This document shows positions 1 through 10,635 of a stretch of 64,000 nt of DNA, in pieces. Source of the DNA: an uncultured delta proteobacterium (GTDB taxonomy: Bacteria > Myxococcota_A > Polyangia > Polyangiales > Polyangiaceae). Numbering within the stretch: the stretch's first letter is position 1; each line of letters begins with the position of its first letter. The notes beneath the pieces were generated by a model, which was given only the letters and a program-made list of their open reading frames with translations, searched no databases and was not told the DNA's origin. The position numbers and the translations under genes were made by a program. The DNA lies in the NCBI GenBank assembly GCA_963806225.1, contig CAWDXG010000004.1, forward strand, positions 3,456,001-3,520,000, read 5' to 3'.

Positions 1-257
1 TAGGGCCGCCCCTCCCGCGTCTGTCCCGCGTCGAAGACATCGACGATGCCCGGATCGCGGAGCCGGCCCGTGGCCTTGGCCTCCCGCACGAACCGCTCGA
101 GGGCCTCCTGGTTCCGCGCCAGAGCCGGCAGAAGCAGCTTGATCGCGAAATCGCGGTCAGTCCGCTCGTTGCGGGCCGCCCAGACCTCGCCCATGCCGCC
201 TTCGCCGAGCCTCTTGATGAGGCGGTATCGACCCGAGATCAGAGTGCCAGAATCCAC
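1..257 (-). CDS. Hanks-type Ser/Thr protein kinase, N-terminal part (truncated by window edge)
   Basis: Manual minus-strand translation from GTG at 257: VDSGTLISGRYRLIKRLGEGGMGEVWAARNERTDRDFAIKLL...ERFVREAKATGRLRDPGIVDVFDAG. Contains the Gly-loop, the AIK lysine and the RFxRE helix C. Confidence 0.9.
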   Translation of the reverse strand, partial: MDSGTLISGRYRLIKRLGEGGMGEVWAARNERTDRDFAIKLLLPALARNQEALERFVREAKATGRLRDPGIVDVFDAGQTREGRP

Positions 258-320
258 AATCGAATTTTGCCTGGAGCCGGGTAGGGACGGCCAAGATCCC
301 CGCGCCCCCGCCCCGCGCCC

Positions 321-470
321 CCGGCGCAGCGAAGCAAGCCCGCGATGAGCGAAGCGAGGCGCGTCGGGGGTCCGGGGGCGGTGAGCCCCCGGCGGAGGAC
401 TACGGCGGGGGTGGGCGGGCGGGACACAAACCATCCAACCCGCACATTGCCGTAGGGCGATGCGAAGCGA
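321..470. repeat. Interspersed structured repeat, copy 1 (REP/MITE-like or ncRNA)
   Basis: Shares ccggcgcagcgaa-caagcccgcg, gggggcgg...agccccc and ggaggactacgg-g-gggtgggcgggcggga-acaaacca with 17674-17820. Confidence 0.75.
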
Positions 471-511
471 GCCCCCGGACCGCGACGTCCGCCGAGTGAC
501 GTCAGCCGCGC

Positions 512-1654
512 CTACTGCGCGCCTGCGAGCTGCTGCTGCTGCTGCTGGAGGAACTGCGCCACGGCACGGGAGCGCTCGATGGCGAACTGCTTGACCTCGC
601 GATCCGAGGAGCCAGCGAGGGCGTTGAGCAGCTTGGTCACCTTGTCGAGGTCCTTCTTCTGGAACAGCGCCTCGAAGTAGTTGTTCGCGAGCCGCACATC
701 GCTCGCCATCATCGCCTCGTGCTTGGAGAGCAGGCCGATCACGTTGTCGAGATCGCCCTTCTGACCGTACAGGGCCGAGAGGCAGATGAGCGCGAGCGGA
801 TCCTTGTCGTTGCGCTCGACTGCTTTCTTCGCGAAGGTCACCGCCTTTTCGCGCGTCTCTTCCTCGCCGGCGTAGAAGCCCTGGATCGCGATGAACGGCG
901 CGGCGGTCTTCTTGTTGGGCTCGGCGTCGGCCAGCTCGCTGACCTCCTTGATGGCCGCGTCCTCGTTCTCCGCCTCACGGATGGTCGAGAACAGATACGC
1001 CCAAGCGTCGACGCTGTTCGGATCGATCTGGAGGGCGTGCCGGATCATCTCGCGCTCGCCCTTCGTGTCGCCCTTGCCGCCGAGCGCCTTGGCCAGGTGC
1101 AGCGACGGGAAGGGGCTGTCCTTCATGAGGTTCTGCGCGCCCTTCAGGGTGCCCTCGGCCTTTTCCCACTTCTCCTGCCGGAGCTGCGCCACGCCCAGCC
1201 CGAGCCAGTCCTCGCCGGTGCCGCCCGACGCCACCACCTTGGCGAGCACCTTCTCCGCCTTCTCGAAGCGCTCGTACTTCATCAGCTCCTGGGCGTAGAG
1301 CCGGCCGCGGTTCAGGTCGTTCTTGTTCTCCTGCCAGTGCTTGTCGAGACCGGACAGCAGATCTTCCAGCCCGATGGCGATGGGACGCCCCTCGGCGTCC
1401 TGCACCTGCACCGCCGGACCGTTGAAGCCCAGAAGCTCCCACATCTTGTCCGAGTCGATGACCACCGGGCCCTTCTTGATGGACTCGGTGAGTTCCTTGG
1501 AGGGCTCGCTGAGCGGAAGCACCACCATCGCGTTGCCGGGCACACCGCCCGGAAATGCGCTCACCGGCGCGACGATGGCGGCGCCGCCCTGCAGCTGGAG
1601 GTTCGCGGCAGGCTGTCCATTCCCCGGGAGACCGGGTGCATTCGGCTGGCTCAT
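512..1654 (-). CDS. Tetratricopeptide-repeat protein
   Basis: TPR-like helices (EDWLGLGVAQLRQEKWEKAE; ALQIDPNSVDAWAYL). ATG at 1654 is preceded by GAGGAGA. Confidence 0.8.
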   Translation of the reverse strand: MSQPNAPGLPGNGQPAANLQLQGGAAIVAPVSAFPGGVPGNAMVVLPLSEPSKELTESIKKGPVVIDSDKMWELLGFNGPAVQVQDAEGRPIAIGLEDLLSGLDKHWQENKNDLNRGRLYAQELMKYERFEKAEKVLAKVVASGGTGEDWLGLGVAQLRQEKWEKAEGTLKGAQNLMKDSPFPSLHLAKALGGKGDTKGEREMIRHALQIDPNSVDAWAYLFSTIREAENEDAAIKEVSELADAEPNKKTAAPFIAIQGFYAGEEETREKAVTFAKKAVERNDKDPLALICLSALYGQKGDLDNVIGLLSKHEAMMASDVRLANNYFEALFQKKDLDKVTKLLNALAGSSDREVKQFAIERSRAVAQFLQQQQQQLAGAQ

Positions 1655-1882
1655 GTGATCTCCTCTCGTGCGGAGCGAGCTCGGGCTCGTCAGCGCAGCA
1701 CGGGGCCCCGGCTCCGGGGCCGCCCCCGCTCCCCCGGGCTCGTTCGCGCGGCAGGGAGGGGCGCGGAAACTAGCAGCGGACCGGGGGCCCGGCAATAGCG
1801 TGCGACGCCGGAATCTCCCGCTGCGCCCGGGCAGGGCCGGCCGGGTTAGCATGGGCCGACCGTCGCCCCCGGAGACCCCACG

Positions 1883-2407
1883 ATGAGACCCGCCCTGTCA
1901 GCCCGGATCAGCGCCGCCGCCGCCGCGGGGCTCTTGCTCCTCGCAGCGCGCTCGGCCCAGGCGGACCAGAGCCGCATCAAGCAGCCCGGCGTGCACCCCG
2001 ACTACCACTTCGAAGCCGAGCCCCACTTCATGTTCGGTCTCGACCCGCCCGGCGGCAAGGCAGGGCGCGGCTTCGGCCCCGGCTTCCGCGGCACGATCGA
2101 GCTCGTCGACAACGGCTTCATCACCAGCATCAACAACACCATCGGCATCGGCTTCGGCTTCGACTGGATCGCTTTTTCGCACAAGGCGACCAGCGTCTGG
2201 GTACCGATCGTGATGCAGTGGAACTTCTGGCTCTCCGACAACTGGTCGGTGTTCGGCGAGCCGGGTTTCGGCTTCTACCTGGGCAACGCGACCGGCGTGC
2301 GGGGCGTGGGCGCGGTCGGCGTCCGGCTACATTTCAACGATACGATCGCGCTGACGCTCCGCGCAGGCTATCCGGCATTTTCCGCCGGCCTCTCGTTCCT
2401 GCTGTAG
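1883..2407 (+). CDS. Secreted outer-membrane beta-barrel-like protein (paralog 1)
   Basis: Signal peptide ending AQA, alternating hydrophobic strands, C-terminal GLSFLL. Confidence 0.65.
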   Translation: MRPALSARISAAAAAGLLLLAARSAQADQSRIKQPGVHPDYHFEAEPHFMFGLDPPGGKAGRGFGPGFRGTIELVDNGFITSINNTIGIGFGFDWIAFSHKATSVWVPIVMQWNFWLSDNWSVFGEPGFGFYLGNATGVRGVGAVGVRLHFNDTIALTLRAGYPAFSAGLSFLL

Positions 2408-2417
2408 AAAGGAAAGC

Positions 2418-3038
2418 GTGCCCGGAATGCGCCCCCATCTATTCCCCGCACTGGTTCCGGCAGTCGCGCTGGCCGGCGTGCTCCTCGGTCTGGCGCGACC
2501 CGCCGCAGCGGACACGGTGGTCATCAAGCGCGATGGCGACCACCCCCGCTACATCTTCGAAGCGGAGCCGCACCTGCTCGTGGGCGCGCTCAACCCGCCC
2601 GGGCCGGCGCACGACGTAGGCTTCGGTGTCGGCTTCCGAGGCACCATCCAGCTGCTGGACAAGGGCTTCATCAGGCACCTCAACGACAGCGTCGGCATCG
2701 GCTTCGGCTTCGACTGGTTGCACTACAGCCACGGCGAGCTGCACTGCAACCGCGCGTTCCTCGGCGGACCGAACAACCAGACCCAGTGCTACGACAGCAC
2801 GTACAAGCCGGTGAGCTACTTCTACATCCCGGTCGTGATGCAGTGGAATTTCTGGATCAGCCGCAACTGGTCGGTGTTCGGCGAACCCGGCGCAGCGTTC
2901 CGCATCGTGGATCCGGGGAGCAATCACTTCGACCCGGTGGCTTACGTCGGCGGGCGCTGGCACTTCGCCGACTTTGCAGCGCTCACCCTCCGGGTCGGCT
3001 ACCCCGACTTCTCGGTGGGCGTGTCGTTCCTGCTCTGA
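2418..3038 (+). CDS. Secreted outer-membrane beta-barrel-like protein (paralog 2)
   Basis: Shares FEAEPH, GFRGTI, GIGFGFDW, VMQWNFW, NWSVFGEPG and LTLRxGYP with the upstream gene; has an extra Cys-bounded loop. Confidence 0.65.
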   Translation: MPGMRPHLFPALVPAVALAGVLLGLARPAAADTVVIKRDGDHPRYIFEAEPHLLVGALNPPGPAHDVGFGVGFRGTIQLLDKGFIRHLNDSVGIGFGFDWLHYSHGELHCNRAFLGGPNNQTQCYDSTYKPVSYFYIPVVMQWNFWISRNWSVFGEPGAAFRIVDPGSNHFDPVAYVGGRWHFADFAALTLRVGYPDFSVGVSFLL

Positions 3039-3187
3039 GCCGATCCGTGGACGCAGGGCCCGGCCGAAAGGCCTGTAGAGCCGCGAACGGGCGCAGCCAG
3101 CGTGGCGGGATCGCCATCGAGAGGTTATAGAAAGAAGCTGGATGAGGAAGTCCGGAGCATCCGAATCGTGCGCCTGGTGACCCAGCG

Positions 3188-4214
3188 ATGAGCCTGTACC
3201 TGATCGGAATCCTGGGTCTGGCTCTGTTGATGGTCGTGCACGAGGGCGGCCACCTCATCGCCGCGCGCGCCTTCGGCATGCGGGTGATCAAGTTCAGCAT
3301 CGGCTTTGGCCCGGCGCTGTGGCGTCACCAGCCGAAGAAAAGCGAGACCATCTACCAGGTCGCCCTGATCCCGTTCCTGGCCTACGTCCAGATCGCCGGG
3401 ATGAACCCGCTCGAGGAGATCGACCCGGACGACGAGGGCAGCTACGCGAACGCCTCGCTCATCGGGCGCATCTCCGCGATCGTGGCCGGCCCGCTGGCGA
3501 ACTACCTGTTCGCTTCGGTCCTGTTCTTCGCGGCCTTCATGATCGGCGGCGAGCCGGTGCCGACCACGCACATCGACGTGATGCCCAACGGCGCAGCCCA
3601 CGCCGCGCACATGAAGGATGGCGATCGCATCGTCAGCATCGACGGCACGCCGATGAAGGACTGGGACAAGATGCGCGACATCATCCTGGCCAGCCCGAAC
3701 AAGCCGCTGCACATCGTCGTCAAGCGCAAGAAGAAGGACGTGACCCTGGTGGTCACGCCGAAGCCCGACGCGAAGAACGGCGGCGGGCTCATCGGCGTCA
3801 CGCCGATCCCGAAGATCGTCCCGATGAGCGTCAAGGACGCCGCGGTCCGCTCGGTCGTGTACCCCGCCAAGGTGGTGCAGGCCCTTGTCGTGGGTCTATC
3901 GAGGATGATCACCCTGCAGGAAAAGCCCCAGCTGACCGGGCCGGTCGGCATCGTGAAGGAAGCCAAGCGGGCCGCCGAACGCAGCTGGGCCGACTATCTG
4001 ACCCTGCTCGGGCTGCTTGAGCGCCTATCTGGGCGGATTCAACCTGGTGCCGTTCCCGGCGCTCGACGGCGGCCGGCTGATGTTCCTGGCCTACGAGGCG
4101 GTCACGCGGCGGCGACCGAACGCGCGCATCGAAGCGCAGATCCATGCCGTAGGACTACTGATGCTGATCGCCCTGATCCTGGTGGTCAGCGTGTTCGACA
4201 TCCGCGGCAATTGA
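3188..4214 (+). CDS. rseP: RseP-like M50 intramembrane metalloprotease with PDZ domain (frameshift near 4018)
   Basis: VHEGGH zinc motif, FSIGFGP, AGPLAN and a PDZ-like segment; FNLVPFPALDGG lies in the shifted frame (ORF 4017..4214). Confidence 0.9.
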
Positions 4215-5059
4215 AGGCCGGAGAGCGGAACGAGCGAATAGAGTCGTTGGACCAGATCGTCTTCCACGGAACAGGGCTGCACAGCGGCGCACAATGCGCC
4301 GTCGGGCTGCGCCGCCGCTCGGGCGGCCTCGCGTTCGTGCAGGACGGCCACAGCGCGGCGCTCGACGAGCTTTCCGTGGTCCGGGCGGACCGAGGCGTGC
4401 AGGTGCGGTCGGACAGCGGGCTCGAGGTCGATCTCGTCGAGCACCTGCTGGCGGCCATGGCGGGCCTGTCGATACGCCGCGGCCTGGAGGTCGAGCTCAC
4501 GGGCCCCGAGGTACCGCTGCTCGACGGTGGCGCGCTGGAGATCTCGCGCGCGCGCTCGGCGCCCTGGACCCGCCGCGTGATCCTCCAGGTCTGCGCGTCG
4601 CCCAGGCCGGCGATATCCACGTGGATGGGACGCGCTACGTGTTCGAACCCGGTGACGCGTCGAGATCGAGGTTGACGTCGAGTTCCGAGGGCGTCGGGCC
4701 CGGAGAGCGCGCGCTGGTCCGGCGATGCCAATGAGTTCCTGTTGGAAATCGCGCCGGCGCGGACCTTCGGGTTCAGCGACGAGGCTGACCAGCTTCGAGA
4801 GACCGGGCGCGCTGGCCACGTCGACCCGCGCGCCGTGATCGTGCTCGAGCGCGACGGCAGCGTGGCCCCACCCGGCGAACCGCCCGGGCCGGCCGAGCTG
4901 GCGCGCCACAAGCTGCTGGACCTGCTGGGCGACCTGTACCTGTTCGGGGGCCCGCCGCTCGGCCGGCTGCGCGCATCGCGCCCGGGACACGCCCGGAATC
5001 AACGGGCAATGCGCCAGGCGCTCGAGTACGGACTGCTCGAACCGGTCGAACATCGCTGA
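4211..5059 (+). CDS. lpxC: UDP-3-O-acyl-GlcNAc deacetylase (frameshifted, start approximate)
   Basis: GTGLHSG, VEHLLAA, EVPLLDGGA, EIAPARTFGF, ELARHKLLDLLGDL and GHARN, found across several frames. Confidence 0.8.
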
Positions 5060-5091
5060 GAACCAGCACTTTGGTGCTACGCTGCGACGAC

Positions 5092-5795
5092 ATGCGGGCG
5101 CGCGCTCGGTTGTTGCCGTTGCTGCTCGCGGGCGGCCTCCTGACGGCCTGCGGCACCCCCAAGGTGCGACTAGCGGAAGGCCCGCGCGAGTACGCGCCCT
5201 CCGACTACGAGTCCGTGCTGCGCAAGTGGACGCGCAGCCAGCAGCTGATCGTGGCCAGCCAGCTCGACAACGTGCTGACGGTCACCGCGACCTACGAGTC
5301 GTGGGATTTCCGCTGGGCGTACGTGGTGCGCTACGCCGAGGACTACCGCCTGACCGTCGACCAGCGCCGCGCACTGCTCGAGCGCTCGCTCGCCGAGACC
5401 CGCGAAGAGCCACCAGTTCTACGTGGCGCTGTACGCCCAGCGTTACAAGTGGAGCGATCTGACCGCGGACAACGCCGCCTGGATCGTCCGGCTCATCGAC
5501 GACCAGGGCGACGAGACGGCGCCGACGGACATCGAAGCCATCAAGCGAGCCTGGCGCCATCGAGAGGACGTACTTCCCGTACACGACGCCCTGGCGCAAG
5601 CGCCTACCGCATCCGCTTTCCGCGGTTGAAGGCCGACGGACAGCCCGACCATCTCGCCGACGAGCGAAGTGGTTCGGGCTGCGTTTCGCCGGCGCGCAGG
5701 GCAACGAGGAGCTGGTGTGGCAGCTCGCGGGCGGCAACGAGCCGCCGCCGGTGGCGGTCAACCCGCCAGGATCTCGAGAAGTGGCGGAACGCTGA
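5092..5795 (+). CDS. Putative lipoprotein (several frameshifts)
   Basis: Lipobox LTAC after a hydrophobic leader; coding-like segments continue in frames 5423..5629 and up to TGA at 5793-5795. Confidence 0.6.
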
Positions 5796-7635
5796 CCATC
5801 AGCTCGTGCGCCACATGGCGCCCGGCGAACAGCAGCAGCGTACCGTCCGGTCCAGCACGGGCGGTCGCCGGGGCCGGACCGGCGGCCATCACTTCCGTGG
5901 AGAACAGGAAATCGCCGGGACCGAGCTCGTCCTGGACCTCGCCCTCGCCGTCGACGATCTCGATGCGCCCTGCACCGATGATGTAGATACCGGTGACCGG
6001 CTCGCCCTCTTTGACGATGATCTCGGCCGGCTCGCAGCGATGCGGACCTCGCAGCGATCGGTAACCGCGGCGCGCAGCGTGTCGTCGAGCCGCTCGCCGA
6101 GCTCGCCCATGGTGGCGCCTGCCAGCGCCTGGTAGCGGTCGGCGACAACCCGGAGCTCGTCCGCCACCCAGGGGCAATCGGCGGTGGCTTGTTCGAGCGC
6201 TTCGCGACCCCACACCGCCACCACGGTGTCGTCCTCGCCGGCGACCACCCGCAGCGCCACGCCGTCGGCCAGCGTACCGACCGTGAAGACGACTTCGCCC
6301 ACAGCGGCGCGAGCGCAGGCGGCGTCGGCGATCGCCGGCATGATGTTCACCCACCCACGCACGACCAACGCGACGCCGAACGCGCTGACTTCCTCGTCGG
6401 TCTGCAGGGTCTCGAGCCGGACCGCATCGGCCAGCGTCTGCTGGGAGTCCTCCGGAAGGTCCTCGAGCCCCCTCACGTCGGCGAGCGAGACACCGCCTAC
6501 GCTCGGCGCCGCCGGCTCGGGCTCGGGCTCGGGCTCGGGTTCGGGCTCGGGCTCGGGCTCGGGTTCGGGCTCGGGTTCGGGCTCGGGTCGCCGGCTCGGG
6601 CACGGGCTCGGTTTCGGTTTCGGGCTCGGGCTCGGGCTCGGGCTCGGTTTCGGGCTCGGTTTCGGGCTCGGGTTCGGGCTCGGGTTCGGGTTCGGGCGCC
6701 GGCACGGGCGGCAGCAGCGCGGACTCCGGAGCCGGCACCTCGGTGTCCAGCCCTGAAGCGGAGAGCAGCGTGTCCACGGGCACGACGGGGGTCGGCGGTT
6801 CCGGCTCGGTCGGCACCGGTTCCGATTCCAGCTCGTCGTCCTCCAACAGCTCGGCGTCGTCGAGCAGCTCGGCCTCCTCCAGGGCTCCGGGCGGTGGAAC
6901 CGGCGGCGGTGGCGGAGCGGGCGGCGGAGGAGCTGCGGCTTCCTGCGCCGGCGGGGACGGGGCAGGCGGGGACGCGGCAGGCGGGGACGCGGCGGGCGCA
7001 GCCGCATGAGCGTCGGCGCCCGCACCAAGGTCATCGAGATCGACCTCGACGCTGGTCGGCATCGGAGGGCGAGGCGCCGGCACCTCCTGACCCGGCGGCG
7101 GCCACGGCACGGCGGGCGGGGGCGGCGCTGCTTCCTGACCCGGCGGAGGCCACGGCACAGCGGGCGGGGGCGGCGCTGCTTGCTGACCCGGCGGCGGCCA
7201 CGGCACAGCGGGCGGGGGCGGCGCTGCTTCCTGTCCCGGCGGAGGCCACGGCACAGCGGGCGGGGGCGGCGCTGCTTCCTGACCCGGCGGAGGCCACGGC
7301 GCAGCGGGCGGGGGCGGCACCTGCGGCTCCGGCGCCCCCGCCAACAAGGCGTCGATTTCCCCTCCGGACGAGGGTGGCGACGCCGACGCTCCCGCCTGCG
7401 CCTGTTCCAGCATCTGCTCGGTCAGCTGGGCCGCGACGCCGTTCAGAGCCGTCGCGCGTTCCGCCTGGCCCCCCTGGATGGCCGCATCCACCGCCCTTCT
7501 GAGCCACGCGATCGCGTCGGAAAACGCGCCGCGTTTCCACTGTACGGCAGCCGTCTGCAGCGCCCACGCAACGTCGTCGTCATCGTTGTCTAGAGGCGGC
7601 GGAATGCCTAACGACGAAGGGGGCGCGCCGTTCAT
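5758..7635 (-). CDS. Pro/Glu-rich protein with C-terminal cyclic-nucleotide-binding-like domain(s) (frameshifts near 6590 and 6035)
   Basis: [23 protein letters not shown]...LGPGDFLF...APATARA is cNMP-like, with a second degenerate copy upstream. N-terminal helical segment followed by a long Pro-rich linker. Confidence 0.7.
   Translation of the reverse strand: MNGAPPSSLGIPPPLDNDDDDVAWALQTAAVQWKRGAFSDAIAWLRRAVDAAIQGGQAERATALNGVAAQLTEQMLEQAQAGASASPPSSGGEIDALLAGAPEPQVPPPPAAPWPPPGQEAAPPPPAVPWPPPGQEAAPPPPAVPWPPPGQQAAPPPPAVPWPPPGQEAAPPPPAVPWPPPGQEVPAPRPPMPTSVEVDLDDLGAGADAHAAAPAASPPAASPPAPSPPAQEAAAPPPPAPPPPPVPPPGALEEAELLDDAELLEDDELESEPVPTEPEPPTPVVPVDTLLSASGLDTEVPAPESALLPPVPAPEPEPEPEPEPETEPETEPEPEPEPETETEPVPEPATRARTRARTRARARARTRARARARAGGAERRRCLARRREGARGPSGGLPADAGRCGPARDPADRRGSQRVRRRVGRAWVGEHHAGDRRRRLRSRRCGRSRLHGRYAGRRRGAAGGRRRGRHRGGGVGSRSARTSHRRLPLGGGRAPGCRRPLPGAGRRHHGRARRAARRHAARRGYRSLRGPHRCEPAEIIVKEGEPVTGIYIIGAGRIEIVDGEGEVQDELGPGDFLFSTEVMAAGPAPATARAGPDGTLLLFAGRHVAHELMVSVPPLLEILAG
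6516..6696. repeat. 6-bp microsatellite (ctcggg/ttcggg)n encoding (PE)n
   Basis: Directly visible tandem hexamers. Confidence 0.9.
7083..7322. repeat. About five tandem 48-bp units encoding [16 protein letters not shown]
   Basis: Repeated ctgacccggcgg-ggccacggcacagcgggcgggggcggcgctgcttc. Confidence 0.9.
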
Positions 7636-7728
7636 CGGAGCCAGGGTCGTATCATAGGTGCAAGCGGGCCCGCGCTGCAAAGCTCCGCGCGCGGCCCGAT
7701 TGCCGCACAGCGGTAGCGCCCGCAGAGG

Positions 7729-10408
7729 CTAGAAATTCGGTGGAGGGAGCAGGACTTCCCGGTCTCGAGCGCCATTCGGCGGACCCACCATGCCGCGCTT
7801 CTCCATCATCTCGACGATCTTTGCCGCGCGGTTGTAGCCGATCGGTCATCTTGCGCTGGAGCCACGAAGTCGAGCAGCGCTGGGTCTCGGCGACGATCGC
7901 CGACCGCTTCGTCGAAGCGGGCGTCGACGGGCTCGTCGCTGTCGCGGGTCCGGACTTCTCGTCTTCGGCCGCCGCGAGGATGGCGTCGTGATACTGGGGG
8001 GTACCCTGCGTGCGCAGATGGTCCGTGAGCGCGCTCACTTCTTCCTCGCTCACGAAGGGGCACTGCACGCGGCGGGTCTCGCTGGAGCCGTTGAGCTTGA
8101 CGAGCATGTCGCCCTTGCCGAGCAGCAGCTCGGCGCCCATCTCGTCGAGGATCGTCCGGCTGTCGACCTTCTGGGCCACGCGGTAGCCGATGCGGCTCGG
8201 GAAGTTCGCCTTGATCATGCCGGTGATGACATCGACGCTCGGCCGCTGCGTCGCCAGCACGACGTGCATGCCCGCGGCGCGTGCCTTCTGCGCCAAGCCG
8301 CGCCACCGAGGCCTCGACCTCCTTGCCCTGCTGCATCATCAGGTCGGCGAACTCGTCGACGACGATCACGATATAGGGCAGCTTGCCGGGGAGTTGCGTT
8401 CCGTCGGAGCCCTCCTTCGATGCCGGCACGCTCACCAGAGTGCCCTCGCTGGAAAGCGCCTCGACCGCCGAGGCCTCGGGTGCCGGCACCTCGCCGGCGT
8501 GAACGCGGCGCACCCAGTTGTTGTAGGTGGTGATGTTCTTGGTGCCCGCGTTCGCGAACAGCTGGTAGCGCCGCTCCATCTCGTCGACGGCCCAGCGCAG
8601 CGCGGTGGCCGCCTGCTTCATGTCGGTGACCACGGGCAGCAGCATGTGCGGGATGCCGTCGAACGGAGCCAGCTCGACCACCTTCGGATCGATCATCAAG
8701 CAGCCTGAGCTCCTCGGGCGTGCGGCAGAAGAGCAAGCTCGAGAGCATCACGTTCAGGCCCACGCTCTTGCCGGCGCCGGTCGCGCCCGCAACGATCACG
8801 TGGGGCATGCTGGCCAGATCCGCGTAGAACGGAGCCCCGACAATATCGCGCCCGAGCACGACCGGCAGTGGCGCCTTCTCGGCCAGCTTGCCGAAGCGCT
8901 TGTCCTCCACCAGCTCGCGCAGGTTGACCGGCATGCGCTCGTCGTTCGGCAGCTCGAATCCGATACGGCTCTTGCCCGGGATCGGCGCGATGATGCGCAC
9001 CGTCCGCGACAGGCCCAGCGCCAGATCGTCGGCCAGGTTGGCGACTTTGCTCACCTTGGTGCCCGGCTCCGGCGCGACCTCGTACGTCGTCACGGTAGGA
9101 CCGGGGTGGATGTCCTTGACCTTCGCCTTGACGCCGTAGTCCGCGAGCGTCTTCTCCAGCCGTGAAGCGTGCTCGAGGATCTTCTGCTCGTCGACGTCGG
9201 TAATCTTCGGGGGACTCGCGGCCAGGAGATCGGGAGTCGGCAGAAGGAAGTTCCGGGAGCGAGCAGCCCGCGGCTTCGCCCGCCGGTCGCGCTTGATCTC
9301 CTGGTGCGGCTTCGTGTCCACGATGCGCGGGCCCTGGACGTCATCCTTCGAGCGGCGTCGCGAACGAGCTCTTGCGGGCGTCGACTCCGACGGCTCGGCA
9401 TCGGGCTCCTGCTCCGGCACCTGCCCCTGGGCCGCCGCGGCGAGCTCGACGTCGCCGGCGTCGTCCTCGACGTCCACTTCGGCCGCGGCAGGCGTGGCGG
9501 AAGACTCCGTCTGCACTTCAGGTGGTGCAGCCGTTTCCGCTTGGAGCAGGGCCTCTGCGGTAGAGCCGATGCCTTCGCGCAGCGCGGAGGAGATCGCCAG
9601 CGGCGGAGAGCCGGTGCTCTCCATCGGAATCCATTCGCCGTCGTCGTCCGAGAGCTGCGCGATGATCGCCTCGTCGCTTGGCTTGGTGTCGATGTGCGGT
9701 CGTTCTGCGGCGCATTGAGCCTCGCGCCGCTCGCGACGCAGCTCGCGGGCCTCGTGCCACGCGGCGCCGACGCGCCGCCCCTGCAGCATCGCGAACGCGG
9801 CGAAACGCTGCCACAGCTCCAGGGCCTTCTGGCACCAGGCGATGAACGAGAAGCTGCTGCGTCCGATCGAGGATCAGGCCCACGAGCGTCCCGCCCACCA
9901 GGAACGAGCCGATACCCGAGAACAACCCGCGCATCAGCTCGCCGAACAGGAGCCCGACATTTCCGGCGGCCGGCAGGCGCCCGAACAGGTCCGCAGTGGG
10001 AAACGCCACCTGCACGAGCGCAGCCAGGATGATGGCCACGACGAGATCGCCGGCCACGCGGAGCCCGAGCGAGCCGGTGGACCGCCCGCGGAACAGCGGC
10101 GCCCCGACCAGCGCGAGCTCGACGGGAGCCAACCAGGCCACGATTCCGAATCCCTGGGCCAGCACGCCGGCCACCGCGGCGCCGACGAGCCCCACCCAGT
10201 TTCCGCCCGAAACGCTGGGATCGTTCGGATCCACGCGCAGACTGGCGAGCGCCAGGCACAGGAAAACCGAGAGGGTGAACAGCAGGAGAGCAGCCGCCTC
10301 GTGCCCGCGGCGGACGGCACCGGCACCAACCGGCCCACCGGCCTCCACCGCAGATTCGGGGGAAACTCCAGAGACAGTACCGCGTCGAGTGAAGGGACGT
10401 GCGCCCAT
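7729..10408 (-). CDS. ftsK: DNA translocase FtsK (multiple frameshifts)
   Basis: N-terminal TM region (NWVGLVGA), [19 protein letters not shown]alker [11 protein letters not shown]alker [22 protein letters not shown] and gamma-domain STSWLQRK...[12 protein letters not shown]. Confidence 0.95.
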
Positions 10409-10635
10409 TTACCTACTTAGACCTACATCACCTTACCTACTCCGGCCAAGGATGTCGACTTCGGGCAATCTGCCCGCGAGGCGCTCCGGCGCGCGCCCGG
10501 ATCTGATATCCCCTGGAGATGTCGCGAGCTTGAGTCTGTCGCGCTGCGGGCTGTACTATCCTGCCTCTTCGTTCACGCGTACCCGCCAAGGACAGCGAGG
10601 GCATGTCGAGACACCGAAGAACAGAACGATTTTCA

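Noticed and set aside
3188..4675. RseP-LpxC fusion protein
   Set aside because: The RseP C-terminus lies in another frame ending at 4214; the fusion results from an indel near 4018
7083..7322. CRISPR-like array
   Set aside because: Contiguous in-frame 48-bp coding repeats with no unique spacers and no cas genes
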